Positions 51,804 to 61,611 of a stretch of 64,000 bases of DNA are shown in pieces. How positions within the stretch are numbered: the stretch's first letter is position 1; each line of letters begins with the position of its first letter. The notes under the pieces are model-generated. The model had not been told where the DNA came from, made no database searches, and saw only the letters and a program-made list of their open reading frames with translations. The stretch comes from an uncultured Gemmataceae bacterium (GTDB lineage Bacteria; Planctomycetota; Planctomycetia; Gemmatales; Gemmataceae), in the NCBI GenBank assembly GCA_963750165.1, contig CAVVPN010000003.1, positions 832,001-896,000 of the forward strand, read 5' to 3'. The position numbers were made by a program, and so were the translations under genes.

Positions 51804-51974
51804 TCCTCTGAGGGCGGGCCGCCCGAAGTAGGCGGTCAGGAAAAGCGGAGTGTGCCACTGCTTGGCCGCCCGGTGAGCCGGTAGCAGATCCGTCCAGTTG
51901 AAGAAGGGCGGCCAAGCAGCGGCACACCCAACCACTCCCTGCCTGCTTCGCGGGGCACACCTCCGGCGGGTTGG

Positions 51975-53045
51975 TCAGACGCCCGAGAGCAGGCCGGTCA
52001 AGCGCAGCAGCCACCAAGAACCGGCGGCGATGACAGCCGCGCCCGGAATCGTCAGTACCCAGGCCCACACAACGCTCTGCGCCACCCGCCAGCGGACGCT
52101 GCGCCAGCGCTTCAGCAGACCCACGCCGACAATCGAGCCGGCGATGGTGTGCGTCGTGCTGACCGGCACACCAAGGAAGACGGTCATGGTCAGCGTGCCC
52201 GCCGCAGCGGCCTCGGCACAGAAACCGTCCACCGGTCGCAGATGAATCAGGCGCTGGCCCATCGTGTGAATGATGCGCCAGCCGCCGCTGAGCGTGCCCA
52301 GGGCCATCGCCGCGTGACAGGCCAGCACAACCTCGATCGGCACCTGCGCCGGAGCGCTGTAGCCAGTCCGCGGGGCGGCGGCGATCAGCAGTGCGAAAAT
52401 CAGGCCCATCGTCTTCTGGGCGTCGTTGCCGCCGTGGCCCAGGCTGTAGCCGGCCGCCGACACCAGCTGACCGATGCGGAAAATGCGGTCCACGCGCCGC
52501 AACCGCACCCGGCGGAACAGCCAGAGCACCGCCGTCGCCAGCACGCTGCCCAGGACCATGCCGAGCAGCGGCGCCAGGAAGATGAACAGGACGATGGTGC
52601 CGATCTCGCCCCACTGCACGGCCGCGCCGCCGGCCTTGACCAGGGCGGCGCCGACCATCCCGCCGACCAGCGCGTGCGAGGAACTCGTCGGCAACGCCAG
52701 ATACCAGGTGATGATGTCCCAGGCGCAGGCCCCGACCAGGGCGGCGGCGATGAGGCGGTTGTCGAGCACCTGTTGATCGAGGAGCCCCTTGCCAATGGTG
52801 GCCGCGACGTTCAGGCCGAAGACCAGGAAGGCGACGAAGTTGAAGAAGGCGGCCCAGGCGACCGCGACCAGTGGCCGCAGCACGCGCGTGGCGACAATGG
52901 TGGCCACCGAGTTGGCCGCGTCGTGGAAGCCGTTGAGGAAGTCGAACACCAGGGCGAGGGCGACGAGCAGCCACACCTCCGCGGACAGGACGCCGAACGG
53001 CACCGTCCCGAACTGCAGGTCGGCGTTGAGGAACGGCATGCTCAT
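51975..53045 (-). CDS. pit: Inorganic phosphate transporter, PiT family
   Basis: 'NGFHDAANSVAT', 'LPTSSSHALVGG', 'HGGNDAQKTMG', 'PVSTTH'. Confidence 0.95.
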   Translation of the reverse strand: MSMPFLNADLQFGTVPFGVLSAEVWLLVALALVFDFLNGFHDAANSVATIVATRVLRPLVAVAWAAFFNFVAFLVFGLNVAATIGKGLLDQQVLDNRLIAAALVGACAWDIITWYLALPTSSSHALVGGMVGAALVKAGGAAVQWGEIGTIVLFIFLAPLLGMVLGSVLATAVLWLFRRVRLRRVDRIFRIGQLVSAAGYSLGHGGNDAQKTMGLIFALLIAAAPRTGYSAPAQVPIEVVLACHAAMALGTLSGGWRIIHTMGQRLIHLRPVDGFCAEAAAAGTLTMTVFLGVPVSTTHTIAGSIVGVGLLKRWRSVRWRVAQSVVWAWVLTIPGAAVIAAGSWWLLRLTGLLSGV

Positions 53046-53668
53046 GAGCCCTTGATGACGATCTCGGAGAGGGTCTGAGCCACCCGCAAGCAGGCGCGGA
53101 GGACGTTGCGCAACACGGCGTACAGCTCACGCCACTGTAGCAGCACGAGCACTTCCGGCGGATGAGCGAACAGATCGCTGTCGCGCTCGCGGTAAACGCG
53201 GTCGCCCTCTTTTTCCAAGCGGAAGACCTCCCGAACATGACCCTGGATCGGGTCGGGGTTGGCCAGGTGGCGGAGCAGCGTCAGGCCGCCGGCCAGGTGG
53301 GTGCAGCAGTCGTGAGCAATACGGGCGAGCAGGCGGGCCTCGTCGCTGGGCCGCTCAATGCGGAACGTCTCGAAGCGGTAGGCTGCCTCCTCGATGGCGT
53401 CCGGCACGGCGTTGACAGCGCGGGCCAGGCCGTGGATGTTCTCGCGGTCGAACGGCGTGATGAAGCAGGACTCGGCCGCCTCGACCGTGCGAGCAACGAC
53501 CTCATCACAGGCGCTTTCGTCCTGGCGGATTTCGTAACTGCGTTCGGACAGACGGTCGAACTGGCTGACCAGGGCCAGCAGGCGCTCCGACGCCCGGGTC
53601 AGGATGGCCGCCAGCTCGTCGAATAGGTCGAAGAACCTGTGTTCCTGCGGCACCAGGCTGAAGCGCAT
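53042..53668 (-). CDS. DUF47 (PhoU-like) phosphate transport regulator
   Basis: 'FITPFDRENIH', 'LEKEGD', ATGA overlap with pit. Confidence 0.9.
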   Translation of the reverse strand: MRFSLVPQEHRFFDLFDELAAILTRASERLLALVSQFDRLSERSYEIRQDESACDEVVARTVEAAESCFITPFDRENIHGLARAVNAVPDAIEEAAYRFETFRIERPSDEARLLARIAHDCCTHLAGGLTLLRHLANPDPIQGHVREVFRLEKEGDRVYRERDSDLFAHPPEVLVLLQWRELYAVLRNVLRACLRVAQTLSEIVIKGS

Positions 53669-53715
53669 GCGAACCTCAAGGGCAATGGGTACTTTTGCTG
53701 CCCAGATCGGTTGAA

Positions 53716-53731
53716 GGCAAAGACCGTACCC
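53716..53731 (-). promoter_or_regulatory. Possible sigma-54 promoter for DUF47-pit
   Basis: Minus strand GGGTAC-GGTCT-TTGCC, ~48 bp upstream of ATG 53668. Confidence 0.5.
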
Positions 53732-53800
53732 GCCCGGCGCTGCGGTGACCGGGTGGCTATCGTTTCATGGTAATTTCTCGATCCCTTCATGGGGGTGTTC

Positions 53801-54133
53801 ATGAGTGACAAGAAGTTTGACGTGCGCCACCCGGCTGACACGCCGGAGAATTATCGGATGGCGTTCCGGCTATTCGCGCTACTGGGCGTGGGCCTGATCG
53901 GCGTGGCGATTTACTTTTATTTCGCGCTGACTCGGGCGGAGGAGCGCGGCGAGATCATCGTGTGGTGGCGCGGCTACAACCAATTGTACGAGGCGTACGG
54001 CAAGTGGGGCGTGATCGTGTTTCACCTGATCGTGGCGGCGGTGTTCTTCGTGGCGTCGGCGTTCTCGTTCCGCGGCATGCGGCGGATGGAACGCTGGGAG
54101 CGCGAACACCAACGTCGGGAACCGGAAACGTGA
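53801..54133 (+). CDS. Small two-TM hypothetical protein
   Basis: Two hydrophobic helices. Confidence 0.7.
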   Translation: MSDKKFDVRHPADTPENYRMAFRLFALLGVGLIGVAIYFYFALTRAEERGEIIVWWRGYNQLYEAYGKWGVIVFHLIVAAVFFVASAFSFRGMRRMERWEREHQRREPET

Positions 54134-54299
54134 GGGGCGCGGCGACGCTGCGCCAATGGTACGATTTTCGCGTTCAGGTGTTGCCTCACCACGGAAAAAC
54201 CGAGCTATACTGTTTTAGAAGTCCTCCCCCGGCGAACGGATGGCGCCGTGCCCGCCGCTGTGAAGGCATACCTGCCAGGAATTTCCGGAGACCGCAGAG

Positions 54300-55058
54300 A
54301 TGTCGAATTTGAAGCCTCGCGGCGAAGCTCTCCGCAACGGGCATCACAGCCAGGCCGCAACCGAGACGGTACTCGCCCCGGAGGACGGCTGGGGCGACGA
54401 GGCCGCGCTTCGCCTGGAGGTACAGCGCTTGACGTCCGAGAACCAGCAACTGCTGGGCCTGCTGGCTGCCGGCGATCTGGGGACCGAACTGGAACGCCTG
54501 CGCGCCGAAAACGCCCAGCTGCGCGGCAACCTCGCGGAGTTGGAGGAGTTGATCGACGACGAGGGCAAGAGCCAGGCGTGGGCGGAACAACAGCGCGAGT
54601 ACGAGGCCCTGCTGGAAGAAAAGTCGGAAGTGATCCGCGACCTGCACCACAAGATTCAGGAGTTGCGCGACCAACCGGAGCGCCCGACCCGGCCCGCCGA
54701 CGACGACGACCAGCCGCCCAGCGAGGAGGCGTTGCGGGAGTTGATGGCCGAACTGGAGCAGCAACGGCAGCAGCTGGCGGAGGACGAGGAATCGCTGATG
54801 ACGCAGATGCGTCAGATGGAAATGAGCATGGCCCGGGAGCGGGCGGAACTGGCCCGTCAGCGCGCCGAGCTACAGCGGATGCACAACGAACTGAAGCACG
54901 AGGTGGAGCAGGCAGCGCGCAACGGCGCACTGCGCGAACAGTTGCAACACTTGCAGCGGCGACAGCCGGAAGCCCCGTCGCGGCCCTCCGAACCCACGCC
55001 GGCGCCGAAAAACAGCGGCGTACTGCGGCGGTTGTTCGGCAACGGGAAACAGGGCTGA
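54300..55058 (+). CDS. Coiled-coil hypothetical protein
   Basis: E/Q/L/R heptad-rich; C-terminal 'GVLRRLFG' amphipathic motif. Confidence 0.8.
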   Translation: MSNLKPRGEALRNGHHSQAATETVLAPEDGWGDEAALRLEVQRLTSENQQLLGLLAAGDLGTELERLRAENAQLRGNLAELEELIDDEGKSQAWAEQQREYEALLEEKSEVIRDLHHKIQELRDQPERPTRPADDDDQPPSEEALRELMAELEQQRQQLAEDEESLMTQMRQMEMSMARERAELARQRAELQRMHNELKHEVEQAARNGALREQLQHLQRRQPEAPSRPSEPTPAPKNSGVLRRLFGNGKQG

Positions 55059-55068
55059 ACGTCTATTC

Positions 55069-55153
55069 GGCGAGCGGCGCGGCGTCAGGCCGCCGGCACT
55101 GCGAAGTTCCTGGCAATTCGCAGTACCGGCGGCCTGACGCCGCGCCGCTCGCC
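55069..55153. repeat. REP-like family A palindrome
   Basis: Same arms as 6198-6265. Confidence 0.9.
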
Positions 55154-55273
55154 GTGATTTTCTACAGGGCAAGCCCGTACTTTTCACGCACCCTCCGCGG
55201 TGGTGGCGTTGGCCTCGATGGCCCCGTTTACGTTTGCGCGGGCGGCGCGAAATGTAAACGGGGCCCGTGTGGT

Positions 55274-56749
55274 TCACGCCTCCGCGGTGGTGGCGGTGGC
55301 GGTGATCGCCGTGGACAGCTGGGTTTCCACGGGCGGGGCGGAGTTCGCGGCCATCTTGCGGTTGAACCAGTTGCCGACGAAATAGAAGGCGACGATGATT
55401 ACCGCCATCATGCCGGTCAGCATGGCGAAGAAATGGCCCGGTTCCATGTGTGGGTACATCAGGCCCACCGGGATATTAATGACGGAATTCCCCATGGCCA
55501 CGGACGCCAGCCACAAGCCCGTAATGAAACTCTTCATGGACGGCGGCGAGACCACGAACGCCAGTTCCAGGCCGGTCACGGAAATCAGAATCTCCGCCAC
55601 CGTGATGATCACGAACGCCAGTACCATGTACCACACGGTCACCCGCTCCTCGGGTTTCACGTACCGTTCCTGAACCGGCTGTCCGTTTTTCGTCACCACC
55701 TCACCGCCGTCGTTCAACTTGTCGCGCATCTCGGCCTGGCCCGCCTGGAACCCGGCCAGCATCAGCACTGCGACGGTCACGGCTGTCAGGACGAAGCCGG
55801 TCAACAGTTTGTCGGTCGCCCGGACCTTGATGCCGCGCTGCTCCAGCCACAGGAAAATCACCGGCCCCAGCGGCGCCAGCAGGATAATCAACACGGGGTT
55901 CAGGGTGCCGAACTGTTCCGGCTCGAAATGGTGGCCGAACAACTGGCAGTCGGTGTAAGTATGGGCGAAGTAAACCCAGGTCGTGTGGGACTGGTCGAAG
56001 ACCGCCCAGAAGAACATGACGACCAGAAACAGGCCGCCCACGGTTTTCACCACGTGCCACTGCTGGGCCCGTTCTGCCGGCGTCCGCTCGTGGCGCACGA
56101 GGACTTCCTTGGCGTAATAGCGCTTGCCCGCCGCGAACAACAGGAAAGACACGGTCATCAACATGGCCGGCACCAGGAAGGCCATCCAGTAGCTGTGGTG
56201 TGTGCGGATGAGCGGGATGAAGAAAAACGCCAGGGCGGCGCCGATGTTGATCGCCATGTAGAAAATGGTGAAGGCACTGGTCCGGAGGTGCTCGTCGCCG
56301 GGACGCTGCTGGTCATAGGTCATGCCCATGAGGGTGGAGATGTTCGGCTTGATGACGCCGCTGCCCATGGCCAGCAGCGACAGGGCGAGGAACATGGCCG
56401 GCACCGTTTCCACGCCCAGGATGACGTGCCCCAGGATGTAGGGCAGGGAGAAGCCCACGATGATCCAGTACTTGCCGAAGTACCGATCCGCCAGGAAGCC
56501 CCCGAGCAGCGGCAAGTAATAGCAGGCCGCCTTGAAGATGCTGACGTATGTGGCCCCGAGCCCCTCCCCCAACTGGAGTTGTTCGGAGATGTAGCGGGCC
56601 AGGATCGACATCATGCCGTAATACGAGCAGCGCTCCGCGAACTCACCCCAGAAGATGAACCAGAAGCCCCTGGGGTGGTTGAGGAACAAGCTGAGCCAGT
56701 GTTTTGTTGCGGGAGCGGCGGTGGCGGCGGAGCCGTTTGGCAAGCCCAT
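55274..56749 (-). CDS. POT/PTR family proton-dependent oligopeptide transporter
   Basis: 'EFAERCSYYGM', 'GGFLADRYFG', 'GVIKPNIS', 'FYMAINIG'. Confidence 0.95.
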   Translation of the reverse strand: MGLPNGSAATAAPATKHWLSLFLNHPRGFWFIFWGEFAERCSYYGMMSILARYISEQLQLGEGLGATYVSIFKAACYYLPLLGGFLADRYFGKYWIIVGFSLPYILGHVILGVETVPAMFLALSLLAMGSGVIKPNISTLMGMTYDQQRPGDEHLRTSAFTIFYMAINIGAALAFFFIPLIRTHHSYWMAFLVPAMLMTVSFLLFAAGKRYYAKEVLVRHERTPAERAQQWHVVKTVGGLFLVVMFFWAVFDQSHTTWVYFAHTYTDCQLFGHHFEPEQFGTLNPVLIILLAPLGPVIFLWLEQRGIKVRATDKLLTGFVLTAVTVAVLMLAGFQAGQAEMRDKLNDGGEVVTKNGQPVQERYVKPEERVTVWYMVLAFVIITVAEILISVTGLELAFVVSPPSMKSFITGLWLASVAMGNSVINIPVGLMYPHMEPGHFFAMLTGMMAVIIVAFYFVGNWFNRKMAANSAPPVETQLSTAITATATTAEA

Positions 56750-56976
56750 GAGTCAGTCCTCGTCTGCCGGGATGCGACGGTTGCGAAAAATCCGTGAAGA
56801 ATAGCGTAACCGGAAGCGGCGGCAAACACAACGGGTTGTGTCCCCATTTAACAGGAAGGTCTGCCCCACGGAAAGAAGTGGCGGCGAATTTGCGAAACGG
56901 TCAGCTAAGCGTTCCCCCGCCGTGAAGCGCGTTCACCCTTGACGCTCCGCCGCGCACCTTCCAGACTACCCCCACA

Positions 56977-58125
56977 ATGAGCCACCCCGACCCCTTGCCC
57001 GCGCTGCTGGGCGGCCCGCCGCTGCGGCCGCACGGCCCGCCAACCTGGCCGCCGCCCGACGACGACGTGCTGCGCGCCCTCGAAGCCGCCTACCGCGACG
57101 GCTCCTGGGGCCAGTACCACGGCGGTCACTGCGAGCGCCTGGAGCAGCGTCTGTGCGCCGTCCACGGCGTCGGCCACGCCCTGCTGTGCGGCAGCGGCAC
57201 CTACGCGGTGGAGCTGGCCCTGCGTGCCCTGAAAGTCGAAGCGGGCGACGAGGTGGCGCTGGCGGCCTACGACTACGGCGGCAACTTCCGCGCCGTCCAC
57301 GCGCTCGGCGCCCGGCCGGTGCTGGTGGACGTGGATGCCGCCAACTGGAACCTGTCGCTGGCTGCGCTCGCTGCGGCGCTGGGGCCGGCGACGCGAGCGG
57401 TGATCGTCTCGCACCTGCACGGCGGCCTGGTGCCGATGCGGCAGGTCATGGACCTGGCGGCGGCGCATGGCGTTGGTGTCGTCGAGGACGCGGCACAGCA
57501 ACCGGGGGCGGTGGTGCAGGGGCGGCCCGCCGGCACCTGGGGCGACGTCGGCGTCCTCAGTTTCGGCGGTTCCAAGCTGCTCAGCGCCGGCCGCGGCGGG
57601 GCGCTGTTGACCGGCAGGGCGGACATACATCAACGAGCCAGGCTGTGGCAGTCGCGCGGCAATCTGCTCTGCCCGTTATCGGAGTTGCAGGCGGCGGTGC
57701 TGCTGCCGCAGCTCGACAAGCTCGACGCGCGCAACGCCGTGCGGGCGCGAAACGTCGCCTGGTTGTGCCAGCAGTTGCGCGACGTGCCGGGACTGCGGCC
57801 GTTCGCCAACGCCGCCGACGTGGGCAGTCCCGCTTATTACAAGCTCGGGTTTCAGTACGACGCAGAGAAGTTCGGCCTGCCGCGCGAGGGCTTTGTGGTG
57901 GCGCTGCGGGCGGAAGGGATCGCGTTCGACCAGGGCTTTCCGGCGCAGCATCTGGGCCGCTCCGGCAAGCGCTTTCGCGCTGCCGGGCCGCTGACCGAGG
58001 CGGAACGGGCGCATCACGGCGTCGCCGTGCTGCACCATCCCGTGCTGCTGGGAAACGCTGACGACCTGGCCGAGGTCGTGGCCGCGGTCCACAAAATCCA
58101 GCGCCGGGCGCGCCGCGAGGCGTAA
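56977..58125 (+). CDS. DegT/DnrJ/EryC1/StrS family PLP aminotransferase
   Basis: 'GSGTYAV', 'VVEDAAQ', 'SFGGSKLLSAGRGG', 'LSELQAAV'. Confidence 0.93.
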   Translation: MSHPDPLPALLGGPPLRPHGPPTWPPPDDDVLRALEAAYRDGSWGQYHGGHCERLEQRLCAVHGVGHALLCGSGTYAVELALRALKVEAGDEVALAAYDYGGNFRAVHALGARPVLVDVDAANWNLSLAALAAALGPATRAVIVSHLHGGLVPMRQVMDLAAAHGVGVVEDAAQQPGAVVQGRPAGTWGDVGVLSFGGSKLLSAGRGGALLTGRADIHQRARLWQSRGNLLCPLSELQAAVLLPQLDKLDARNAVRARNVAWLCQQLRDVPGLRPFANAADVGSPAYYKLGFQYDAEKFGLPREGFVVALRAEGIAFDQGFPAQHLGRSGKRFRAAGPLTEAERAHHGVAVLHHPVLLGNADDLAEVVAAVHKIQRRARREA

Positions 58126-58248
58126 GCGGCAAACCGCGGAAAGCCAGGACAAAGCACCGAACCGGTTGATACCCCAGGTGCGTAGGTTACAATGAAGTGA
58201 CCTTGTTGATTGCCCTGTCGCACCTCCGTGGTCAAAAGGGTCGTTGCC

Positions 58249-59784
58249 ATGCAAGAATCGCAAGCCTCCTCGCCGGGCCGCGAGGCGGGGCCGTCGCCGG
58301 AGTCGATCCGGCCCGCCGGCCTGTTCTCGGACCTGAAATACGCCGCCCCCGCGCCCACCCTGCGGCCGGCGCCGCCCGTCACGGTGGCCCGACGAAAAAA
58401 AGTCTTCACCCGCATCATCCTGCCGCTGCTCATCTTCGTCATCGGCATCGCCGCCGTCGCCTGGGTGGTGCAGTTCATGCCCCGCAGCGGCAAGCCCACT
58501 CCCGTCCCCGGGCAGGGGCTGCGGCTGGAGTTCACCAACCCCAACCACATCTGGGGCACGCTGGTCGCTGATCGGGGCGTTGTGTGGGGCGCGGCAATCC
58601 CGGAGGGCGTGAAAAAGGAGCAACTCCTCGGCGAGTACATCGCTGAGTACGAGACGGACACCACTGGCCAGAAGGACGCCGGCTTCTGTGACTTCGAGTT
58701 CAAGAACGCCACCGGCCAGCAGTTGCAGGTGGTCCTGGGCGACAAGTTTTGCCAGTGCTCCAACGTCGAGTTGGCTCTGCCCACCGAGGCCGAGCTGGCG
58801 CGCTATCGCGCCCACCGCAAGCAGGTGCAGGTGCCGCACGGCACTCGTTTCGGCGACGCCGACCGCTTCACCTGGACCGAGATGAAGCGCGACCAGGACG
58901 GGGAGATTGTGGAACCGGGCCAGACCGGCATCGTCCGCGTGCTCTGGAACGGTCGCGACACCGAAAAGCCCAAGAACCTGCTCGTCTGGGCCGACCTGCT
59001 GGTCGGTCCGAAGGGCGCTCCGCTGGAGCGCGTCAAACAGCGGCTCCAGGTGAAGATCACCTACGTGGAGCCGGTGCGCTTCCTGCCGGCGGAACTGCAA
59101 ACAGTGCGCTTCACCAGCGGCAGCAGTGGCAGCAATGAGCAGACGTTGCTGTGCTGGTCCTCGACGCGCGACCTCAGCGCCGCCGCCACGGACGACGACC
59201 CGCTCGTGCAGGCCATCCCCGAACAGCTGCGGCCGGAGGAATGCCTGACGCTGGAGAAGCGCCTGGCCCGCGAGTACGGCATCATCACGCACGTGCGCAG
59301 CGCCTGCCGCGTTCAGGTCACGATACGGGAGCAGAAGGACGGCCGGCAGCTCGACCTGGGCTCGGTGCAAAAGCCGCTGCCGGTGACCTTCCGGGGCGAC
59401 GGCGAGGGGCTCAAGAGTGTGGCCCCGCCGCCGGTGCGTGTCGAGGTCCGCGGCGACGTGAAGGTCAACGGCCTGGGCGACCGGTTGCAGGTGAACCTGA
59501 ACGACATCGCTCCCGGGACGCGCTCGGAGGTGGAGGTCAAGGTGTGGACGCGGGCCGACGACCTGGAACCCGTGGCGCAGCTGGAGCCGCCGCGGGCGGG
59601 GCTGACGGCGAAGCTCGCGAAGGCCGGCACGGAAGCGGGCGGCACCGTCTGGAACCTGACCATCACCATCGGCAGCGATGTGCGCTCCGGCCTGGTGGAG
59701 AACACCGCGGTGGTGCTGCGTCGCAAAAACAGTTCGCAGAGCATCCGCCTGCCGGTCACGGGCCACGTGTCGGCGCGCCGGTGA
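58249..59784 (+). CDS. Hypothetical single-TM protein with beta-rich (DUF1573-like) extracellular region
   Basis: One TM segment, 'FEFKN...CQC' motif. Confidence 0.72.
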   Translation: MQESQASSPGREAGPSPESIRPAGLFSDLKYAAPAPTLRPAPPVTVARRKKVFTRIILPLLIFVIGIAAVAWVVQFMPRSGKPTPVPGQGLRLEFTNPNHIWGTLVADRGVVWGAAIPEGVKKEQLLGEYIAEYETDTTGQKDAGFCDFEFKNATGQQLQVVLGDKFCQCSNVELALPTEAELARYRAHRKQVQVPHGTRFGDADRFTWTEMKRDQDGEIVEPGQTGIVRVLWNGRDTEKPKNLLVWADLLVGPKGAPLERVKQRLQVKITYVEPVRFLPAELQTVRFTSGSSGSNEQTLLCWSSTRDLSAAATDDDPLVQAIPEQLRPEECLTLEKRLAREYGIITHVRSACRVQVTIREQKDGRQLDLGSVQKPLPVTFRGDGEGLKSVAPPPVRVEVRGDVKVNGLGDRLQVNLNDIAPGTRSEVEVKVWTRADDLEPVAQLEPPRAGLTAKLAKAGTEAGGTVWNLTITIGSDVRSGLVENTAVVLRRKNSSQSIRLPVTGHVSARR

Positions 59785-59890
59785 GCGACCGCCCATCAAG
59801 TTGCAATTGATCTTTTTTGCGTTTGCTTATTCAATCAGTGCTGATGGCGGCTCGGAGCCGGCCGATTTCTCGAACTCCGGAGAGCAGAGC

Positions 59891-61504
59891 ATGGACCGCG
59901 AAGCGCAGGATTTGACCCCGTCCGAGTTGCCGCCACAGCTGGCCGCTGTCCTGGCCGCGCTGTTGTGCGCGGCCACCGTCACCGCGGTCGCCTGGTGGTG
60001 GGCGAACGGCCCGTCGGCAACTCCCGCTTCGCAGGCACAGCTGTCGGCCCAGCCGTCGCTGTTCGTCGGTTGGCAGAAGCCCGACGTGGCCCTGCTGCTG
60101 TCCGGCGAGGCGCACGGCTACCTGCAGCCGTGCGGCTGCTCGCACCCGCAGAAGGGCGGCCTGGCGCGGCGCTACAACTTCCTGGAGTCGTTGCGCAAGA
60201 AGGGCTGGCCGGTGGTGGCGGTGGACCTGGGCAATTTGCCGCAGCCCGGCCAACCGCAATCGATGCTGAAGTACATCACCGCCATGAAGGCGCTCAAGAT
60301 CATGGACTACACGGCGGTGACGTTCGGCGAGCTGGAGATGCGCATGCCGCTGGTGGACGCGCTGGCGGAGACGGCGCTGAACCAGCTGTCGCCGCCGGTG
60401 GTCACGGCCAACCTGGACCTGAACCGGCCGGGGGATGTCTACGTGCCGATGGTGACAACCTGCCTGGTCGGCGGTCAGGGCAAGGGCCCGTGTGTGGGCG
60501 TGACGGCGCTGGTGGGGCCGTCGGTCGAAAAGACCATCGCGGGCAAGGACCCCACGATCAAGTTCGATCACCAGACGGACCAGGTGCTGCGGAAGACGCT
60601 GGGGGGCCTGGCGAAGCAGAAGTTGGACCTGGTGGTGCTGCTTTACCAGGGGACGCAGAAGGAGGCGTCGCGGTGTGCCGAGTTCTGCGCCAGGGAGCAG
60701 GCGACGAACCCGACGTTCCCGCGCGTGGACGTGATTTTGTGCCTGGACGTGGCGGACGAGCCGTCCGGCGTGGCCCGGCAGGTGGGCAACTCGATGATCG
60801 TGAGCGTCGGCCACAAGGGCCGCTACGTGGGTGTGGTCGGCGCCTACCGCACCAACAAGCCGGGCCAGCCGTGGGCGCTGCGCTACCAGCTGGTGCCGAT
60901 GGGCGAGGAACTGGAGACGCCCAGAGGGCTGCAGAACCCGGTGAATGTGCTGATGGAGGACTACGCCGCCACGGTGAAAAAGGATCTTTACCTGGCGAAG
61001 TACCCGCGCAAGAAGCACCCGGTGCAACTGCAATTTCCGACCTCGGAGTACGTGGGCTCGGAGCGGTGTGCGGATTGCCACGAGCATGCGTTCAACGTCT
61101 GGAGCAACAAAAAATCCAAACATCATGCTCATGCGTACGACTCACTGGTGAAGGCCCAGCGGCCGTCCAACCGCCAGTTCGACGGTGAGTGTGTGGTTTG
61201 TCACACGGTTGGTTTCGGTTATGAATCCGGATTCAACAGCGCGAGGGCTTTGCAGAAAAAGGTGCCGCTGGAAGGCGTTGGCTGCGAAAGTTGTCACGGG
61301 CCGGGCAGCGCGCACGCGAAAAACCCCAACAACAGGGAACTCCGTGCACTCATGAACCCCTGGAAAGCCGAGCCGAACCTGAAGAAGCGCTTGAACCTGA
61401 TCGACCGGACCTGTGTCCAGTGTCACGACATTGACAATGATGTCCACTGGAACTTCGAGAAGAACTGGCCGAAGATCGCCCACCCGACGCCGAAGAAAAA
61501 GTAA
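59891..61504 (+). CDS. UshA/5'-nucleotidase-like domain fused to tetraheme cytochrome c (c554-like)
   Basis: 'GYLQPCGCSHPQKGGLARR', 'VDLGN'; four CXXCH motifs (CADCH, CVVCH, CESCH, CVQCH). Confidence 0.88.
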   Translation: MDREAQDLTPSELPPQLAAVLAALLCAATVTAVAWWWANGPSATPASQAQLSAQPSLFVGWQKPDVALLLSGEAHGYLQPCGCSHPQKGGLARRYNFLESLRKKGWPVVAVDLGNLPQPGQPQSMLKYITAMKALKIMDYTAVTFGELEMRMPLVDALAETALNQLSPPVVTANLDLNRPGDVYVPMVTTCLVGGQGKGPCVGVTALVGPSVEKTIAGKDPTIKFDHQTDQVLRKTLGGLAKQKLDLVVLLYQGTQKEASRCAEFCAREQATNPTFPRVDVILCLDVADEPSGVARQVGNSMIVSVGHKGRYVGVVGAYRTNKPGQPWALRYQLVPMGEELETPRGLQNPVNVLMEDYAATVKKDLYLAKYPRKKHPVQLQFPTSEYVGSERCADCHEHAFNVWSNKKSKHHAHAYDSLVKAQRPSNRQFDGECVVCHTVGFGYESGFNSARALQKKVPLEGVGCESCHGPGSAHAKNPNNRELRALMNPWKAEPNLKKRLNLIDRTCVQCHDIDNDVHWNFEKNWPKIAHPTPKKK

Positions 61505-61515
61505 GAAGTGCTGGC

Positions 61516-61611
61516 GAAATGACGGTTTCGGCGAGCGGCGCGGCGTCAGGCCGCCGGTACGGCAAAGGACCGGCGGGCTGACGCCGCGCCGCTCGCCGAA
61601 ACCGTCATTTC
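61516..61611. repeat. REP-like family A palindrome with extended stem
   Basis: GAAATGACGGTTTC-[family A]-GAAACCGTCATTTC between convergent genes. Confidence 0.9.

Noticed and set aside
54157..54172. Sigma-54-like TGGTAC-GATTT-TCGCG upstream of 54300
   Set aside because: Imperfect -12 box, and a sigma-70-like TTGCCT...TATACT lies closer to the gene.
58126..58165. c-di-GMP-I riboswitch-like text (GGCAAACC..GAAA..GGACAAAGC)
   Set aside because: The stem around GAAA does not pair and the GACGCAAAGC core is incomplete; would need an Infernal search.
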